Positions 61,200-64,000 of a stretch of DNA of 64,000 bases are shown here, piece by piece; positions within the stretch are counted from its first letter, which is position 1; every line of letters starts with the position of its first letter. Source of the DNA: Epiperipatus broadwayi (taxonomy: Eukaryota; Animalia; Onychophora); contig JAQFVV010000005.1 in assembly GCA_028023455.1 (NCBI GenBank), forward strand, positions 8,804,001-8,868,000, in the 5' to 3' direction. Made by a program: the position numbers and the translations under genes. Under the pieces are notes generated by a model. It did no database searches and was not told where the DNA came from. It was given only the letters and a program-made list of their open reading frames with translations.

Positions 61200-64000
61200 G
61201 AATTTCTAACCATTGACAATTCTTTTTTTCTTCGGGGTTGCAGATCTCCGAACTGGTTGATGTTGTAGTTCCTGCTTCAACATTGTTGCCAATTGCTTCT
61301 TCACAGTCTCCATTAATCATGGTTGACAAATATCTTTTCAGCTGGTTTTTATGCTTTTGAACTTTTATGCTCTCATCAGTTCAATTTCTTCTAGTTGATT
61401 TTCAATATTTCTTGTGATGGTTGCTTTCACCCAATCCTTTTTAAATTTATTCAGTGACCAAACTTCACCTATTTCAAACTTTTTCCCTACTATTACTGTC
61501 TCATTAATTCTTTGTTGGGTTGGTAACAAGATTGGCAATTTATTTCTTATTTTTCTTTGAAACAACAGTTTAGTTGGGGTTTCCCTGGTGACACTAGATG
61601 ACATACAATGTTAATGAAACATTATTTTGAATAAGGCTTCATTTATATTTTCATTTTTAACTATGCTTAACCATTTTTTCATGTTTTGGACTTCCTTCTT
61701 GACAATTCCATTTGATTCAGGATGATACATTGGTGATTTTTTCTGTTTATCCCCCATTCGCTAATAAAATCTAAATTTTCTGAGCAGAAAGCAATTCCAT
61801 TAATTTACAATAGGATCTCTGGTGTTCTATGTGTAGCAAATATCTCTTTAAGTTACAGATGAACTAATTTTTTTTTTATAACTATATTTAGTCCAACAAC
61901 TAAATTTAGTACTAAATAATAATGTCCCTTCTATGGACCAACATGTTCAATGTGGATTCTTTCCAAGGATAGGCCATGAAATATATTTCTTTGATGGTTG
62001 ATCGGCTGTGATTTGATACTCTTTGCATTTTTTTAATACATAGCTAGAGGTCTGTATTTATTCCTGGCCACCATATATAGCTGTGTGCCAAGATTTTTCC
62101 TGGCCACCATATATAGCTGTGTGCCAAGATTTTAGCTCTTAACTATTCCCAAATGATCTTGATAGTACTGTTCCATGATCATAACTAGATATAAGTACTT
62201 TCTCATCTATCAATATACAGTTTTTATTTAGGGACATTCTCTTGCATACTTTCCACAGTCCTTTATTTAAACAGGGAGGACATCTGGTTGGCCATTTTCT
62301 CCCTAACCAATTTTTTTAAGAATTCTGTAGCCAGTCTTCATTAGACCATTCTGCTATTGTTCACCTATTGATAATTTTTGATGCTACCTGATCAATGCAA
62401 TTTACATAGGTTTCTGTCCTAGGCAATTCAGTTTTATCTGGCCATCTAAATAATGCATCCACATATGATATTTTTACCCTTCTTGTATATGAGCTCTAGT
62501 CATAGCTGATAAGAATTGTAGCCAATGAATCATTTGAGGGCTTAAGTAGTCAGAGATTACTCAATTTTTCATTAATATTTCTAGTAGAGGTTTGTGATTG
62601 GTTATGGCCTTAAACTTCCATCCACAGAGATATTGATGAAACTTTTTAATTCTGAATATTATAGCCAGTGCTTCCTTATCCAGCTGACTGTAGTTTATCT
62701 CAGCTAACGTTAGTTTTTGGAAAGCGTATGCTATAGGATAATCACCAAGTTTTGATGGATGATGTGTTTCAGCTCTCAGTCCATATTTTAATGTGTCTAT
62801 TGTTAGTATGACTTGTTGCTTGGTGTTAGTAAGGCTTTGGCTTATTCATATACTTCTTCCCCAGTTTTATACTTCATTTTTCTGTAACAGGTTATATAAG
62901 ATTGGGTAACATGTGCCTTGCCTTTTAAAAGATTTCAAAGTACTTCAATAGTCCAAGGAATGCTTGGAGTTCCTAACATTTTTTGAATGTGATGCTTCTT
63001 TTACATTCTTCACTTTTTCAGGTGCAGGTTTCTTCCCCTGCTTATTGATAAGGTGTCCGAGGAGCTTAAAAAAACTCTTGTTATTCCAAATGCATTTTTC
63101 AGAACTTAATCTGGCTTCAAATCTGTCAAGCAGTTTGCAGATTTTCATTACTTGGTTTTTCAATGTTTCTTCAGAATTCACCATTATTAATATCATCAAA
63201 GTATGGTAATGAGTTCATTTTGGCCTGGAATATATTTGGAACCATTGTAATTTCCAAGAGTAGCCTATTGTAGTTGAATAAACCTCTGTGGATTGTCACT
63301 ATCTCTACTGTTTTCTTGGTAATGGTTATTTGATGAAATCTACTATTCAAATCTAGTTTGGAAAAATACAAACTTCCTATTGACTTTTGTTTAAATGTCT
63401 ATTTACAGTGGTACAATAGTTGCCACAAATCCTTATTTTTCCATTTGCTCCTACTATTACTATAGGAGTATCCCACTCTGCAATCTCAACTAGTTTCAGA
63501 ATTCCTTGTTCTATCTGTTTGTCTAGGCTCTTTGCCAGGCTAATGGCACTTTCCAAGGTTTTGTAATAATAGGTTTTGCTCTGTTGCATAACTTTGTATC
63601 AATAGGTGAAGTTTTTAGTTTTCCTGGTTCTTTTTTGAATAGATTGGGATAGTTATTTTAAACTTGCGATTCTATATCGATTTTCTTACTAATGCATATC
63701 CTCATATTTAGGGCATAAACAATACTTGGCCTATGATTAGATTAAGTTTGCCACTCACTACTATAGGGATAGTATTTCTTTGCTCTCCTTTGTTTCTGCC
63801 TTTACTTTTGTGACTCCTAGTATTCTTATGAGATTTTTCTTAGCATCTCAGGCCTCAAGATGAATTTTCTCTACTTTTGGTAGGAATTTTAAATTAGACT
63901 TTCCCAATACCTGCATTTCATCAGTGATATCCCTGCCCCACTATCAATTTCTATGGTTATTGGTTTGCTGATTATTTTTTACATTCAGCATAATTTGATG
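61200..64000 (-). mobile_element. Degenerate Ty3/Gypsy pol (RT, RNase H, integrase; K02A2.6/Mag-like), runs off window
   Basis: EWDTPIVIV...KIRICGNY, FSKLDL...FHQI, HRGLFNYNRL, FDDI, LLGHLI...PAPEKV, LAHSYIWWPG and WKRIHIEHVGP. Numerous stops and frameshifts. Confidence 0.9.

Overview
Very AT-rich, CpG-depleted eukaryotic (animal, probably arthropod) genomic DNA made mostly of nested transposable elements. No prokaryotic-type genes, rRNA or CRISPR arrays are visible. The host content is a decaying tandem cluster of C2H2 zinc-finger genes: one nearly intact copy at 36.9-38.1 kb and two eroded paralogs at about 19.4 and 30.2 kb. Each copy is followed by the same 28-bp minisatellite. Mobile content: (i) a pol-less LTR element (1-8820) with a 2.6-kb 3' LTR, a polypurine tract (PPT), a coiled-coil/basic-repeat ORF and an array of tRNA-Lys primer-binding-site (PBS)-like motifs; (ii) a second, unrelated minus-strand LTR element with a similar PBS array; (iii) three Penelope-like (RT/GIY-YIG) remnants, each ending in a hammerhead-ribozyme-like motif, plus a 578-bp TSD-flanked inverted-repeat element carrying a canonical hammerhead; (iv) a Merlin-type MITE with a TTAGGG-based array, a hAT MITE and a degenerate Buster hAT; (v) RTE, Tx1/L1, I-group and other LINE remnants, a short tRNA-Gly-derived SINE (2 copies with TSDs), a probable solo LTR and a degenerate Gypsy pol. 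All alignments and folds were done by eye; boundaries of old elements are approximate.
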